Shown: positions 15,480-29,930 of the stretch, one piece after another
Numbering within the stretch: the stretch's first letter is position 1
Layout: each line of letters begins with the position of its first letter
NCBI RefSeq assembly: GCF_009914755.1
Contig: NC_060942.1
DNA: 64,000 nt
Source: the human T2T-CHM13v2.0 reference genome, Homo sapiens
Direction: 5' to 3' (one strand)
Notes under the pieces: generated by a model
The model's input: only the letters and a program-made list of their open reading frames with translations
Database searches by the model: none
Told to the model about the DNA's origin: nothing
Position numbers and translations under genes: made by a program

Positions 15480-18400
15480 ATATTTTTGTCCTATTGGCTA
15501 TAACTTTTGATTGGATTATTTCAGTGGCTTCTTTAGAGATTATAGTATACATCTTTCATTTATCATAGCCTATTATCAAGTGATATTTTCCCACATTACC
15601 TATAGTTTAAGGACCTTTCAACACTGTACTTTATTTCTCACCTCCTGACTTTTTTGATATTGTTGTCATACATTTTACTTATGTGCACAGACCCCAAAAT
15701 ACATATTACATTTGCTTTAGTCAACTCTCTTTTTTTTCAAATTGAGATATAATTTGCATATAAAATTCACCTTTTTAAAGTGTACAGTTTATTATTTTGA
15801 TTTTGTATGTGTTTATATTCACAGAGTTGTGGATCCATCACCACAATCTAGTTTCGAAACATTTTTATCACTCTAGAAAGAAACCCCATACCAATTAGGC
15901 ACTTCTCATTCCCCAGTCATCTCAGCCCCTAGCAAACACTAATCTGCTTTCAGTCTCTATAGATTTGCTTGTTATTGATGTTGCATATAAAAGGAAATCA
16001 CATAATATGTGGCCTTTTGTGACTGGCTTCTTTGATTTAGCATAATGATTTCAAGGTTCATCTATTCTGTATCATTACTTCATTCCTTTTTATGTCTGAA
16101 TATACATTTTGTTTATCCATTTATCAGTCAATGGACATGTTCAACTTTCTAGCTATTATGAATAATTCTTCCATGATCATTCATATACAAGTTTTTGTGT
16201 AGACATATATTTTCAGTTCTCTTGTGTATATACCTATAAGTGAATTGCTGTGTCGTGTAGTTTTATGTTTAACCTTTTGACAAAATTCCAAACTGTTTTT
16301 TAAAGTGGTTACACCATGTTACATTCGACTAGCAATGTATGAGGATTCAGATTTCTCCACATTCTTGCCAACATTTATGTCCATCTTTTTTGAGGATGGC
16401 CACCCTAGTGGGTGTGAAGTGGTAATTCAATGTGATTTTGATTTGCATTTCCTTAATGACTAAATGATGATGAGCATGTTTTTATGTGCTTCTTGGCTAT
16501 TTGTGTATCTTCGTCAGACAAATATCTAGTCATATCCTTTTTTAACTGAGTTATTTGTCTTAGTACTGTTAAGTTATGAGTTCTTTCTAAATTCCATTTA
16601 CAAGTCCCTTATCAGATACATTATTTGCTAATATTTTTTCTCATTCTATGCATTGCCTTTTCACTTTTTTATTGGTGTTCTTTGAAGCACAGAAGTTTAA
16701 AATTTTGATGAAGTTCAGTTTATCTAGTGTTTTCTTCTGTCTCCTTTGCTTTGGTGTCATATCTGAGAAATTGTTGCCTAATCCAAGGTCACAAATATTT
16801 GTGCCTATTTTTTTTCTAAGAATTTTAAAGGTTTTACTCCTACATTTAGTTCTCATTCCATTTTGAGTTAATTTTTGTATATGGGGTGAGGTGGTAGTTT
16901 AACTTTATTCCTTTGCATGTAGATATCCAGTTGTCCCAGCACCATTTGTTAAAAAAACTGTCCTTTCCCCTTTGAATTTCTTGGCACCCTTGTCAAATAT
17001 CTGTTGACCATAAGTGTAAGGGTTTATTTTTGGACTCTCTGTATTCTGTTCCATTGATTTATATTTTTATTTTTGGAATTAGGAAGTATAAGTCCTCCAA
17101 CTTCTTCTTTTTCAAGATTGTTTTGGCTATTTTGGGTCCCAGTGTTTCCATAGGCATTATAGAATCAGCAAATGTTTTATACTTTTTGATGTTATTAGAA
17201 ACACAGTTGTTTCTGAATTTCACTGTTGGATTGTTTATTGCTAGTATATAGAAATTCAGTTGATTTGTGAATTGATCTTGTATCCTGCAACTTTATCAAA
17301 CTATTTCTAATCTAATAGTTCTTTTGTGAATTCCTTACCATTTTCTCTATATAAGATGAAGTTGTCTGTGAATAGAGATAGTTCACATATTCTTATTGGA
17401 TGCCTTTATTCCATTTTGGATGCATTTTATTTTAATTGCCTTTTAAAGAAATTTTACAAATGCAACAGAAGTCTTTTAAATCTACTCATGTAGTTACCAT
17501 TTCTGGTGTTTTCATTCTTTCACGTGTATCCAGATTTCCTAAAAGACTTCCTTTAACATTAGTTCAGGTATGCTAGGAAAGAATTTTTTCAGCTCACGTA
17601 TGTCTGAAAAGTCTTTATTTCTCTTTCCTTTTCAAAAGATATTTTTACTGGTTATAAAATTCTGAGTTGATAGTTTTATTCATTCAGTGCTTTAAAGATG
17701 TTGCTGCACTGTTGCCTGGCTTGTATTGTTTTTAAGAAGTTGGCTGTCATTTTTATTCCTCCTTATTTTTCTGTGTGTATGTGTTTAAATATGGCTGCTT
17801 TTAAGATTTTCTTCTTATCACTGGTTTTGAGCAATTTGGTTATAGTATACCCTGGAGTAATTTTTTTTTTTGAGGTGCAGAGTTGCTGTGTCGCCCAGGC
17901 TAGAGTGCAGTGGCACGATCTTGGTTTACTGCAACCTCCGCTTCCCAGGTTCAAGTGATTCTCCTACCTCAGCCTCCTGAGTAGCTGGGATTACGGGCGT
18001 GCACCGCCACACCCGGCTAATTTTTGTATTTTTAGTAGAGATGGGGTTTCACCATGTTGGTCAGGCTGGTCTCGAACTCCTGACCTCGTTATCTGCCCGC
18101 CTCGGCCTCCCAAAGTGCTGGGATTACAGGTGTGAGCCACCATGCCCATCCTACCTTGGAGTAATTTTTAAAGTATCTCTTTTGTTTGAGGTTTGTTGAG
18201 CTTTTTGGGACTGTGGGTTTATAGTTTTCATCAAATTGGGAAATGTTTCAGCCATTGTTTCTCCAGATATTTTTGTTTCCCTCTCTTTCTAGTGACCTTA
18301 GTTGCACAAATACTAGGCCTCTTGAAGTTACCCTCTCAGCTCTCTGATCCTCTGTTCATATTTTTTTCATTAAAAAATTTTTTTGTTTATCCTTGGATAG

Positions 18401-19460
18401 TTTGTATTGCTGTTGCTATGTCTTCAAATTCATTAACCTTCTGCAATGTCTAATCTGCCACTAATCTCATCCAGTGTGTTTTTCATATGAAACAATGTAG
18501 CTTTATCTTTAGAAGTTCAGTTTCAGTCTCTTATTTTTGTTTACATCTTCCATGTCGCTACTTGACATGCTTTCTTCTAGGTTCTTGAACATATGGAACA
18601 TAGTTATAATAACTGTTTCAATATTCTTGACTATGAATTCTATCATCCAAGTCATTTGTGGATAGGTTTCAATTGAGCAATTTTTCTCCTAATTATAGGC
18701 TGTATTTTTCTGCTTCTTTGCCTGCTTGGTTGTCTTTTATTGGATGTCACAAGACAGTATGCATTTTGCCTTTTTGGGTTCTGAGACAGTGATAAATTAT
18801 TTGGAAGCAATTTGATTCTTTCCAAGCTTCATTTTGAGCTTTTAAAGGTGGTGCCAGAGCAGCTTTTAGTATAGGGGTAATTTTGCCCATTGTAGGCCAT
18901 ACTCTTTTGAATACTCTTCCTGATGCCCCTTAAATTACAAGGTTTTCCCCTCTGGCTGGTGGGAACAGACTGTTCTCCTATGCTGTATTAGCTACAGAAA
19001 TTGTTTCCACTGTTCATTTTGGGCTCTTTCCCCGGGATGAGTAGTTTTCTCACATACATATGCTGGTCAGTGCTCAGTAGTTGACGCGAAGGGATTCTGC
19101 AGATCCCTGGAGCTCTCCTATGCAGCTCTATCCTTGGCATTACTTTGCCCTGCAAGGTTTCTAGTGTTTCTGCAAACACTAGAAACCTTGGCTTTCCTGG
19201 ACTCCCAGCTGTATCTTTTCAACTCAGGGAGATTGCTGGGCTCTGTCTGGATTTACCTACCTTAGCCCTGAAAACTCTCCACAGCAGTTAGCTGGGACAG
19301 TTGTAGGGCTCGCCTTGTTTGTTTCTGCAATTCCAGTGATCATTCTGTGTTGCCTGCTATCCAATGAAAACTATTGTTTCCTGTTTTTTTGTCAGGTTTT
19401 TGTTTTGTTTTGTTTTCTGAAACTAGGGTAAATCTGGTCCCTGTTACTCCATCTGGGCTA
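15480..19460 (-). mobile_element. nested old L1M fragments
   Basis: Continuous antisense L1 3' UTR/ORF2 and 5'-region-like sequence (ORF track KLNFIKILNFCASKNT). Confidence 0.75.
17861..18151 (-). mobile_element. AluS
   Basis: Antisense Alu with TSD tacc(c/t)tggagtaattttt. Confidence 0.92.
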
Positions 19461-19577
19461 GAAGAGGATGTCCTACATTGTCGGGGGTATATGTGTCTAT
19501 GTGTGCTTTTTCTTAAAACTAGAAATGGTGGTTTGCTTTTTCTTTTCCTTTTTTCCATTGAAGAGCATGTCTTGTGA

Positions 19578-19869
<292 letters not shown>

Positions 19870-19954
19870 ATCTTGTGATTTTTTTCTCTGTGTAGTCTTT
19901 GTTGGTATTGATGTTGAGTATCCTTAATTCATTAAGGATTTCACAGTGGTAATT

Positions 19955-20350
19955 AGGTCAGTTCAAGTCTTCTGGGAAGCAGACCGCGAGATGGAATTAG
20001 AAATGGAAGAGATTTAATGAAGGAAAAGCTTATAAAGCATAAAGAGTAGAATGAGCAGGAATCTTCAGATTTCACTACAGTCTGGCACCTGTGACAGGAG
20101 AGGAAAAGAAGGAAGATTGACTAGGAAGAACCTCAGACTTCAGATTGCCATGCAATCTGAGATAAGTGTCCTTTTTGCTAGTGAGGAACCCCAGAGCAAA
20201 TACTGCCTTTTGAGGATGCCATTTGGATCAGAAATAGCTCAGTTCTAGTGTCTCTACTGTTCCCAGTCATTGGTGTTGGTATGAACAGTGCAGTGGATCC
20301 CAAAGGTTTGGCAACTGGAGGCTGTTAGCTGATTATACTCTGCAGCAAGT
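19955..20350 (-). mobile_element. ancient ERVL LTR (LTR16-like)
   Basis: tctgggaagcagacc...gagatggaattag...agatttaatg motif. Confidence 0.35.
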
Positions 20351-20460
20351 TCCCTCTCTCTTTTGTGGCCATATTGCTTTATTTTTTACAGTTAAGCCTA
20401 CTATTCATCAGGAAGTAATATGCACATGTAGTGTAAAGTAAGATTCACTGCAATTCAGAG

Positions 20461-20573
20461 AGAAAAGAATCCTCTTCCCAATAGATGGTGTTGGGCCCAT
20501 AGACTGCCAGTATTGGGTCAATAGACTGTCAGTATTGGCCCAACACCATCTATTGGGAAGAGGATTCTTTTCT
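20461..20573. repeat. perfect 37-bp inverted repeat with 39-nt spacer
   Basis: 20461-20497 is the exact reverse complement of 20537-20573. Confidence 0.97.
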
Positions 20574-20698
20574 TCTTTGAATTGCAATGATACCATTGTT
20601 GTAAGTCAAGTGACTGTAGATATGTGGCCTTTCCTCATCATGTTTTCTTCTTTGGTAATTCGTATCCTGAACTTTATAATTCTTTTGTTTTTCCATAT

Positions 20699-20914
20699 CG
20701 GGGTTCGCCGACTTTTTCTATAAATTGGACAGGTAGTAAATACTTTAACTTTTGCAGGCTGTAACATCTGTCTCAACAACTCAACTCTGCCACAGTAGCA
20801 TTAAAAGAGCCATAAGCAATATGCAAATGAATGAGCACGTTTTAATAAACCTTTGTTTACAAAAACAGCCAGTGGGCCAGATTCGGCTTGCAGCCATGGT
20901 TTACCAAGCCCTGT
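20699..20914. mobile_element. MER58A hAT-Charlie MITE
   Basis: Degenerate TIRs cggggttcgccgact ... ggtttaccaagccctg and internal caactcaactctgcc; opposite orientation to the 15057 copy. Confidence 0.75.
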
Positions 20915-22649
20915 CCTACAGTGTAAATACATTTTTTTTGAAACAGTATTTCATATATATTTGGAACTTTATATAAATGAGCTCATATCCATTTGTATTG
21001 TGTGATTTGCTTTTTATTTCATATTATGTTTATGAGATTTCTTGTTTTTTTTTCCCTCTATGGCTCTTCCAATGTTACGTGAGATTTCTTTATGTTGTAT
21101 GTAGTTATATTTCATTTCTTTTCACCGTCTCGGGGTTTAGTCAGTTATTTTAACTTAGAATATTTAAAAGAAAAATTATTGAATAGTGCGAGAACCAAAA
21201 AGGCAAAAAGGGAACATTAAAGTATCATGAAAGTAGTAACTATAAGAAACAACCACAATCTCTAGAACTGGATGAGAGGGCAGAATAAGTCGGAATTATT
21301 GAAACTTAGAAGCTTAGAGGAGGGGCCCCTTAAAGCTGCAACTTGGACCTCTGGTGATGGGACACCAACCCGGCTGGTACTGCCATTTCTGAGGAGGCCT
21401 GATAAAGGCTGGTTCTGTAAGGGCTGGAAAAAATTGCAAACTGGAATCAGCAGTACTTGCCAGGGTAAGGAACTCAGGGGTGACACTGTCAGTAACAGGA
21501 AGGAAATAGCCTTCCTTCTTTCTTCCTGGTCTTCATCTAGTTCTTTGTGTTGGCAGAGTTCAACAGAGTGCCAGGTGGCGAAGGAGAAATGGTGTTTCCA
21601 GAGTCTTAGACTTAGCATCTCAAAGCAGAGGGTGGAAGGGTAGTTTTGAGGGGGAAAGTTAGTATCATAGCTACCAGTACCTCTAGAATTTCATTGTATC
21701 AATATGCCAGCCACAGTTTTACTATTCTGTAGTTAATAGACATTTGCCTTTTCAGATTTTTGCTGTTGTTAACACAATGCCACTAATTATTTATTTTTTT
21801 TTTTTTTGCCTAGTTACAAAGATTTCTCTTTTGTTCTTTTACTCAGCACATCACTAATGAAATGTCTTTTCATGGGTTATCAGCAACTTCCTCCATTGCC
21901 AAATCCATTGCCTTCTTCCCCCAGTCTATTTGTCTTTTTTAATCATTAGCACTGTTGAACCCACACTATTCTTGAAACTTTTTCTTTCTTGTTTTCTCCT
22001 ACAATGTTATATGCTTCTGATTCTCCACTTGTCCTTTCAAATGCCACTTTAAATTAAACTAAAATCCAATTACTTAAATTGAAATTAAAATCAAATGCCA
22101 ATTTTCCTGGACTTGTAGATGATTTTTAAAATACTAATATTTTTTCTTAATTTTAAATACATAATTATTAAAGAAAAATTTAAAACATAGAAAAGTATAA
22201 AGAATAATAAAAAATCTTAACATTATCCATAATACCATACACTGACTTTTAAATCTTTATGATTTTCTCTAGTTTGAAAGCTAGACCTACCTTTCCAGCT
22301 TCCTGCCTAGACGTTTGCACATGAATGGTTTGCTGGCATCTTACATTGAGCATTTCTAAAACCAAAGCTTATTTTATTATCATCTTCTTTTCTCCATTTT
22401 TTTCCCTACTCTCTTTCCCACCTTCGGCTATTACTATTTCCAGAATTCACTTTAGGTGTTTTCAGTTATTCTTGGCTACCCGAGGTAATTGGACTAACTT
22501 AACTTTGGTGGTTGCGCAAATGCCAAGGATTACAGCTCCTTCCTTTTACGTGTTACCTACGATTCCTTCGTGACTCCCTGAGTTTATGTCTTTAAGGACC
22601 CCTCCTAATGATGCTGAGGTGCTGGGGAAAAGTTTTTGTAGCACAAAAG

Positions 22650-22885
22650 ATTAGAATAATATGGTGTTTAAAGAGCACAGACTCTGGAACCTGTGTTTAA
22701 GTCTTGATTCTGCTATTTAATTGCTATAATCCTGGATATGTACCCTTAAAGTAGAATAGGAATAGTAACTATTAATACTTAATAGCGTTGTTGTGCAAAT
22801 AAAATGGAATAGTAAGTACAAAGTGCTTACAATATTCCTGGCATGAAGTGAGCACTAGATGTAATTGTTAGCTATTGCTATTATT
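22650..22885 (+). mobile_element. MIR
   Basis: agagcacagactctggaacc...aaagtgcttacaatattcctggcat...gttagctatt. Confidence 0.7.
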
Positions 22886-23216
22886 ACTCTTTGGTTTAGT
22901 ACTCTTTGGGATGAACCTTAGGATATTTTGAATGCTTAGTAACTGGTGCCTCTGCTGCTAATCTTCGTATACCCTTAAGCAGCGTGGGGACTATGGTGTA
23001 ATAACAGTTCTCAGTATCTTCTGTTGAGTATTTGTTTCTATGACATTCACAAAGGGAAAGTTGTTTTCCTAATAAACCCCAGTATTTAAGCAGGGGATAT
23101 CTGCTTTTACTTTCTGTTTGCTTCTCTGTGTAAATCTCATGAAGTGTCCTAGTGGACAGTCAGTTCCTTAGCCTGTTTTTAGTTCACAGTAGGTTTAAAT
23201 TGAAACAGGTAGATAG

Positions 23217-23423
<207 letters not shown>

Positions 23424-26400
23424 TGAGATAAAACCTTATATGAAATGATTTATTATACAAAAGACAACTCTTATTGAAAACAGAAAATTGCAAATATATT
23501 TTGATGACTTAATATCTTTGATCTTATGGTAGCAAAGAGTTTTGGAAAAAAGACATTCTGTGATGTCAGAATCCTCTCAAAAAGCTTAAAAAAGAAGCAT
23601 CAAAAGCAAACTACTTTCCAATTTACATTTTCTTATTTACTTAACTTTCCCAATTGTTTGATGCAAATATTTGTAGCGGTCATCTATTGAGGGAAGTTTT
23701 AGAAACTACTGTTGAAGTAGGTTGATATTGTTGTAATCAGAGGCGTAGCAGTTACCTTTGATTTTTCCTTCAGCATCTGAAGAAAAAATATTTCACTCAC
23801 AAGAATATCTATTATTGCCTTGCTAATTCCTAATGCTTTTCAATTGATGGATTTTGAATTTTGATACTTAGCTGTTTGGGAGTACTATTCCAGTTTATTA
23901 GTGATGTATATGAGGCTCATCTACTTTGTATGTGTAATTTCTTTGTCAAATATACATGCCCAGTTTTGGGGGTCTTAAAAGGTACTTAATAAATGAAAGT
24001 ATCTATAGAGAAATAGATGAATATAAATTGTAAAAGTTAAATTTACGGAGAGACCATACCTAAAAGTTGATAAAAGTTGATAAAATAGTACTACTTTTTA
24101 TCACTGAATTGCAAATAAAGATAACAATATTAGGTATGTTTTGAACATATTTTGTGTTGAAGCCTTAAAGTAAAGTTTGTAGAGGTTTTTAAAAAGACTG
24201 AAGTTAAAAAATTACCTTACTCTAAGTCATACAATCATGGGTATCAAAGATGACTATAAAAAAGTGATGTTTTGGGAGCCAGAATACAGGGTGTGAGAAT
24301 TCAAAGTACACGCCTTAGTCTGAATTTGATATGCTACCTGAGATAAGTAGTAATCTCTTTCATTAGAATTCTTTGGCTGCCCTATTTTCTAAAGTAGAGT
24401 TTTCATTAATTTCAGTGTTCTTTTATTGGGAAAACATTTCATTGTTATCCTCAGTATTTGAAGATGATGTTCTTGTGAGGCTATTACTACATAATAAGTC
24501 CTTTGATGAGGAGTTATTAAATATGTTTTGATGGTATTGAAAAGCTATTGCTATTTGTTTGACTCTGTTTGTTAATGGTCCTACGTTGCCATTATTGTCC
24601 TGCTGACCCATTTCGTTTGAGCTGCCAAGCTTGGAGAATACCTGAAATATTAGAGCATTAAGTTAATTATAAAGGAAGCTGCAGACTGAGAATAAAACGC
24701 ATATTTGACAACTCATATACAGAATATATAAAGAACTCTAATACCTCAATATTAAGAAGAGAACGTGATGGGTAAAAAAAGGGGAAAAAGTGACATATAT
24801 GACTTGATATAAAATTAATCAAGTCAGTGCAGTGCTGGCATAAGGATAGACATATACATCAGCGAATGAAACAAAGAGTCTAGAAATAAACCATGCATGT
24901 ATGTTCAATTGAGTGTGACAAGGAGGCTAAGGTAATTCTGTAGGAAGTCTTTTCTGACATAGAAAAACAATGTCATTTTGGTATTTAATAACCCTCTACT
25001 TCCTACAAAATATGCTAGGTTTTCTTTTTTTGTAATTTCTTTATAGAAGGTCAGTGTGTTAGTACAATGTCAGTATTAGTAAAAATCTGCTTATATACTG
25101 CTAAAGAACCCCATTATTACTGTATTTACTATTAACGTACAAGTATATGGGAATAATTTGTTCTTCATTTCTTAAAATTTGCTGAGTTTCCTCTACTGGA
25201 TATTTCAGTCTACTTTGTCTACTTTTGTCTACTCATACTTTGAAACTGTTTTCTTTGCTTTCTTATTTGCAAGACTGTTTGATTGACGTGGGAATGTAGA
25301 GAACAGAATCTCATATAAAGCAGTGGCAACAAAACATTCCCAGTTTTTATGTTCTTTTCCCTCTGAATTTTCAATCTGGTTTGAAATAGTTAAGTATACT
25401 TACGTCTCTTTTATCTTAAAAATGCTCCTTTCACTATATATTTCCCCCTTGTCACTACCTTCTTTGCATTACAAGACATAACCTTTTTTCTAGAAAGAAT
25501 AGTCTATATTATTTTCTATTCTGTTGCATTTTATTTTTTTATCAAGCATACTGGCTTGCTTATCAATCTGTTTATTTATAAATATGTCAAAGTGCAATTT
25601 GCATGCAATAACATGAACCAGTTTTTAAGTGCAGATTTCAGTGAGGTTTGACAAATATAAGATATACAAGATTTCCTATTCATGATATACAGCATTTATG
25701 TTACTCCAAATAGTTTCCTCTAGACCTTTTACAGTCTGTTTCCCCTTTCTCCCCCATCCCAGGCAACCATTAATATAGTTTCCATTATTATAGTTTAGTT
25801 TTACATATTCTGGCACAACATATAAATGGCCACACAGTATATACTCTTTTACTGTCTTTTTTCCCTCTACCTAATGGTTTGGATGGGGGGTGGTAAAGTA
25901 CACCTAACATAAAATTTACCATCATAACCATTTTTAAGTGTACAGTTCAATGGCATTAAGTACATTCATAGTGCTGTGCAACCATCTCTACCATCCATCT
26001 CCAGAACTTTTTTTTATCACAAACTGAAATTGTACCCATTCAATAATACCTCCTCATTCTCCTTTCCCTCTTGCCCCTAGTAATCACTTTTCTGTGTGTC
26101 TCTATAAATTTGACTAATCTATGTAACTCATATAAGTGAAATCATACAATATTTGACCTCTGTATCTGGCTTATTTTACAGCATAATGTTTTTAGTTGTT
26201 TTCAAGTTGTTGTGTATGAGTACTCATTTTTTATTGTTGAATAGTATTTCATCATAGGCCCATACTTCAATTTGTTTATCTCTTCTTCTATTAATGGGCA
26301 TTTGGGTTCTTCAGGTTTTTGCCTTTTATGAATGAAGCTTCCACAAACATTCATGCACAAGTTTTTGCATGAACATAATTATTTTTCTTCAGTAAATGCT

Positions 26401-27661
26401 CAATTATATGTTAAGTGTGTCTATAACTTTGTAAGAAACTTCCCAACCGCTTCCCAATGTGATTGTGCCATTTCACATTTCCACTAGCAACTTATGTGAG
26501 TTCCATTATTCTGTATACTCACCAACTCTTGGTATTGTCATTTCTTTAAATTTTAGCCCTTCTAATGAGTGTAGTGGTTTCTCCTTGTAGAAATAATTAG
26601 TGTTTACCGGTGACTAATGTGATTATTGGTGTGATAATCACATTATAGTAACATGACTAATGTGTCATTCTTCCTTAGTGAAGTGTCTGTCAAATCTTTT
26701 TCCCCTTTTTTTACCCATCACATTCTCTTCTTAATATTGAGGTATTAGAGTTCTTTATATATTCTGTATATGAGTTGTCAAATATGCGTTTTATTCTCAG
26801 TCTGCAGCTTCCTTTATAATTAACTTAATGCTTTCTTTTGATAAAATTTTGGATCTTGACAAAGTTCAGTTTATCAATTTTTTCCTTTTGTGGTCCAGGC
26901 TTTTAGTGCTCTATATATGAAATTCTGCCTATCACAAATTGCAAAGGTTGTTTTTCTATGTTAGAAAAGACTTCCTACAGAATTACCTTAGCCTCCTTGT
27001 CACACTCAATTGAACATACATGCATGGTTTATTTCTAGACTCTTTGTTTCATTCGCTGATGTATATGTCTATCCTTATGCCAGCACTGCACTGACTTGAT
27101 TAATTTTATGTTGTCTTAAAATCAGGTAAATCCTTTAGCTTTGTTCTTATTTTTGAAAATTATTTTGACTCTTTGAGGTCCTTTGCATTTCACTGTAAAT
27201 TTTAGAATCAGCTTGTCAATTTCTAAAGGAAAATTGTTTCCTGGAATTTTGGATGAAGTTTATTGGACATACAGATCAATTTGAAGAAAACTAACATTAT
27301 CGAGTCTTTCAATTTACAAAAAGTTATCTATTAAGTATTTAAATTTTCTTTAATTTTTCTAGGCAGTGATATGTCATTTTCAGGTTATAGGTTTTGTTAT
27401 ATGTATCTTGAAGTTTTTTATGGCTTTTATACTATTGTAAGTGGTGTTATTAGAAATTTTATTATACATTCAATATTCAATTTTTTGATTGCTCATTTGA
27501 AAAATAGATTTTTTTAACATATATTGGCTTGGTATCCTTCAACCTTTTAAAATTTGCTTGTTACAGTCGTTTTTTGGTAGAATCCTTTGGATTTTGTGCA
27601 TAAAAGATGTCATCTACAAGTAAAAACAGTTTTGCTTTTTTCCTTTCCAATCTATAGATGC

Positions 27662-27692
<31 letters not shown>

Positions 27693-29542
27693 CCTTTTGC
27701 ATTGGGTAGTACTTCCAGTACAATGTTGAATGAAAGTGGTGAATGGACGTCTTTGCCTTTTCTTGTTCTTGATCTTAAATCTTTCACCATTATGTACAAT
27801 GTAAGCTGTACATTTTTTAATAGATGTTCTTTATCAAATTGAGAAAATTTATTTTTGTTTCTAGTTTATTGAGAGTTTTTATCTTTAGTCATAAATTGGA
27901 GTAGAATTTGTCAATTTTTTTTATCTTTTATTGCTGAACATGTGATTTTTATTCTTTTTTCCGTTAATGAGGTAAACTACATTGATTGATTTTTGAATGT
28001 TTAATTTACCTTGTGTTCCTGGCTTAAGCCTCATTTGGTCATGTTTTGTTTTTTGTTTTTATTTTTACTCTGTTGAATTGATTACCTGTTATTTTGTTAA
28101 ATATATTTGTAGTTTTCATGAAATATCTTAGTATATTTTAATTTAATTTTTAAAATTACAGTAAGATATACATAAAATTTACTATTCTAACCAGTTTTTT
28201 AGTGTACAGTTCAGTAGTGGTAAGTACATTCACATTGTCGTGCAACCAGTCTTCAGAACTTCTTTCATCTTCTGTGAAACGCAATGTCCATTAAACAACT
28301 CCTCATTACTCCTCTCACCAGCCCCTGGTAACCACTGTTCTACTTTCTATAGCCATGAATTTTACCACATCATTTAAGTGAAAATAATATGTGTGTGTTT
28401 TTAATGTGGTAAAATACACATGACATAAATTGATCATTAGTGACATTTAGTATACTCACAGTGTTATACAACCATCACCATTTTCTAGTTCTAGAACATT
28501 TTCATAATCCCAAAGGAAACTATCTGTTCACCAGTTACTCCCCATTTTCTTGTTTCCCCGTGGCTCTGACAGCTTCTAATCTGTTTTCTGTCTCTAAGGA
28601 TTTGCTGACTCTGGTTATTCTATATAACTGGAATTATAGAATATGGGGCCTATTCTGTCCACCTTCTTTCTATTAGAATAATTTCAAGGTTGGCTGAGTA
28701 ACAGTTCATTGTGTGGATATGCCACATTTTGTTTATCCATTCATACTTTGATGGACATTTGGGTTGTCTCCATCTTTTGGCTATTTAAACTACATGAATA
28801 TTTGAGTACAAGTTTTGTTTGAGCATGTGTTTCAGTTATTTTGTATATACCCAGGAGCTGAATTGTTTAGTCTTATGGTAATTCCACGTTGAACTTTTTG
28901 AGGAAATGCCAAACTATTTTCTACAACAGCCAAACCATCTTACATTCCTGTCAATGTGTAAGGATTCTAGTTTCTCCACATTCTTGTCACCATTTTTTGG
29001 ATTATAGCCATGCTAGTAGATATGCAGTGGTATCATGTGGTTTAGATTTACATTTCCCCGGTGGCTAATGATACTGAAAAATCTTTTCATGTGCTTTTTG
29101 GCCATTTGTATATATCCTCTTTGAAGAAATGTCTATTCACATCTTTTGCCCATTTAAAATAAAATTGGGGTGTTTTTCTTTTTTGTTATTATAACTGGAT
29201 TTTTAGATATTCTGGATGATAGATCATTATCAGATGTATGCTTTACAGATATGTCTTCCATTCTGTGCGTTGTTTTTTCACTTTCTCAGTGGTATTCTTT
29301 GAAGTACAAAAGAAAAGGTAGAGAAATCTAAATTATCTACCTTTTTTATTTTATTCATTTTGATGCTTTTGTAAATGAGATGGTTTTCTTAGTATCCTTT
29401 CAGATTGTTCATTGCTAGTGTAGAGGAACACAAATGGCTATTGTGTGTTGATCTTGTACTCTGAAACTTTACTGAATTTGTTAATAAGCTGTAATAGTTT
29501 TATTTATTTATTTATTGAGGATTCTCTAGGCTTTTCTATATA

Positions 29543-29930
29543 CAGTAGTCTCCCTTATCAGGGAATATGTTCCAAGACCTTCAGTGGATGCCTGAAACTG
29601 CTGATAGTACCAAATCCTATATATATTTTTTTTCCTATACTTACATACCTATAATAAAGTTCAATTTATAAGTTAGGCACAGTAGGGGATTAACAACAAT
29701 AACTAATAATTAAATAGATCAATAAGAACAATATGCCAGCATCACTACTCTTGTGCTGTGGAGCCATTATTTACTAAAATAAGAGTTACTTAACCACAAG
29801 CACTGTCATAGCTCAATCTGATAACTGAGAGGGATGCTACATGACTAACGCCTATACAGTGTGGATATGCTGGCCAAAGGATGATTCATGTCCCAGGCAG
29901 GACTGAGTTGAACTGCACCAGCATTCATTA
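29543..29930 (+). mobile_element. MER44/Tigger7-like DNA transposon, 3'-truncated
   Basis: ta|cagtagtctcccttatc terminus; ttccaagaccttcagtggatgcctgaaac. Confidence 0.75.

Noticed and set aside
21262-21643. Overlapping 118/123-aa ORFs on opposite strands
   Set aside because: No recognisable domain or convincing splice context; the region looks like an ancient LTR-type repeat
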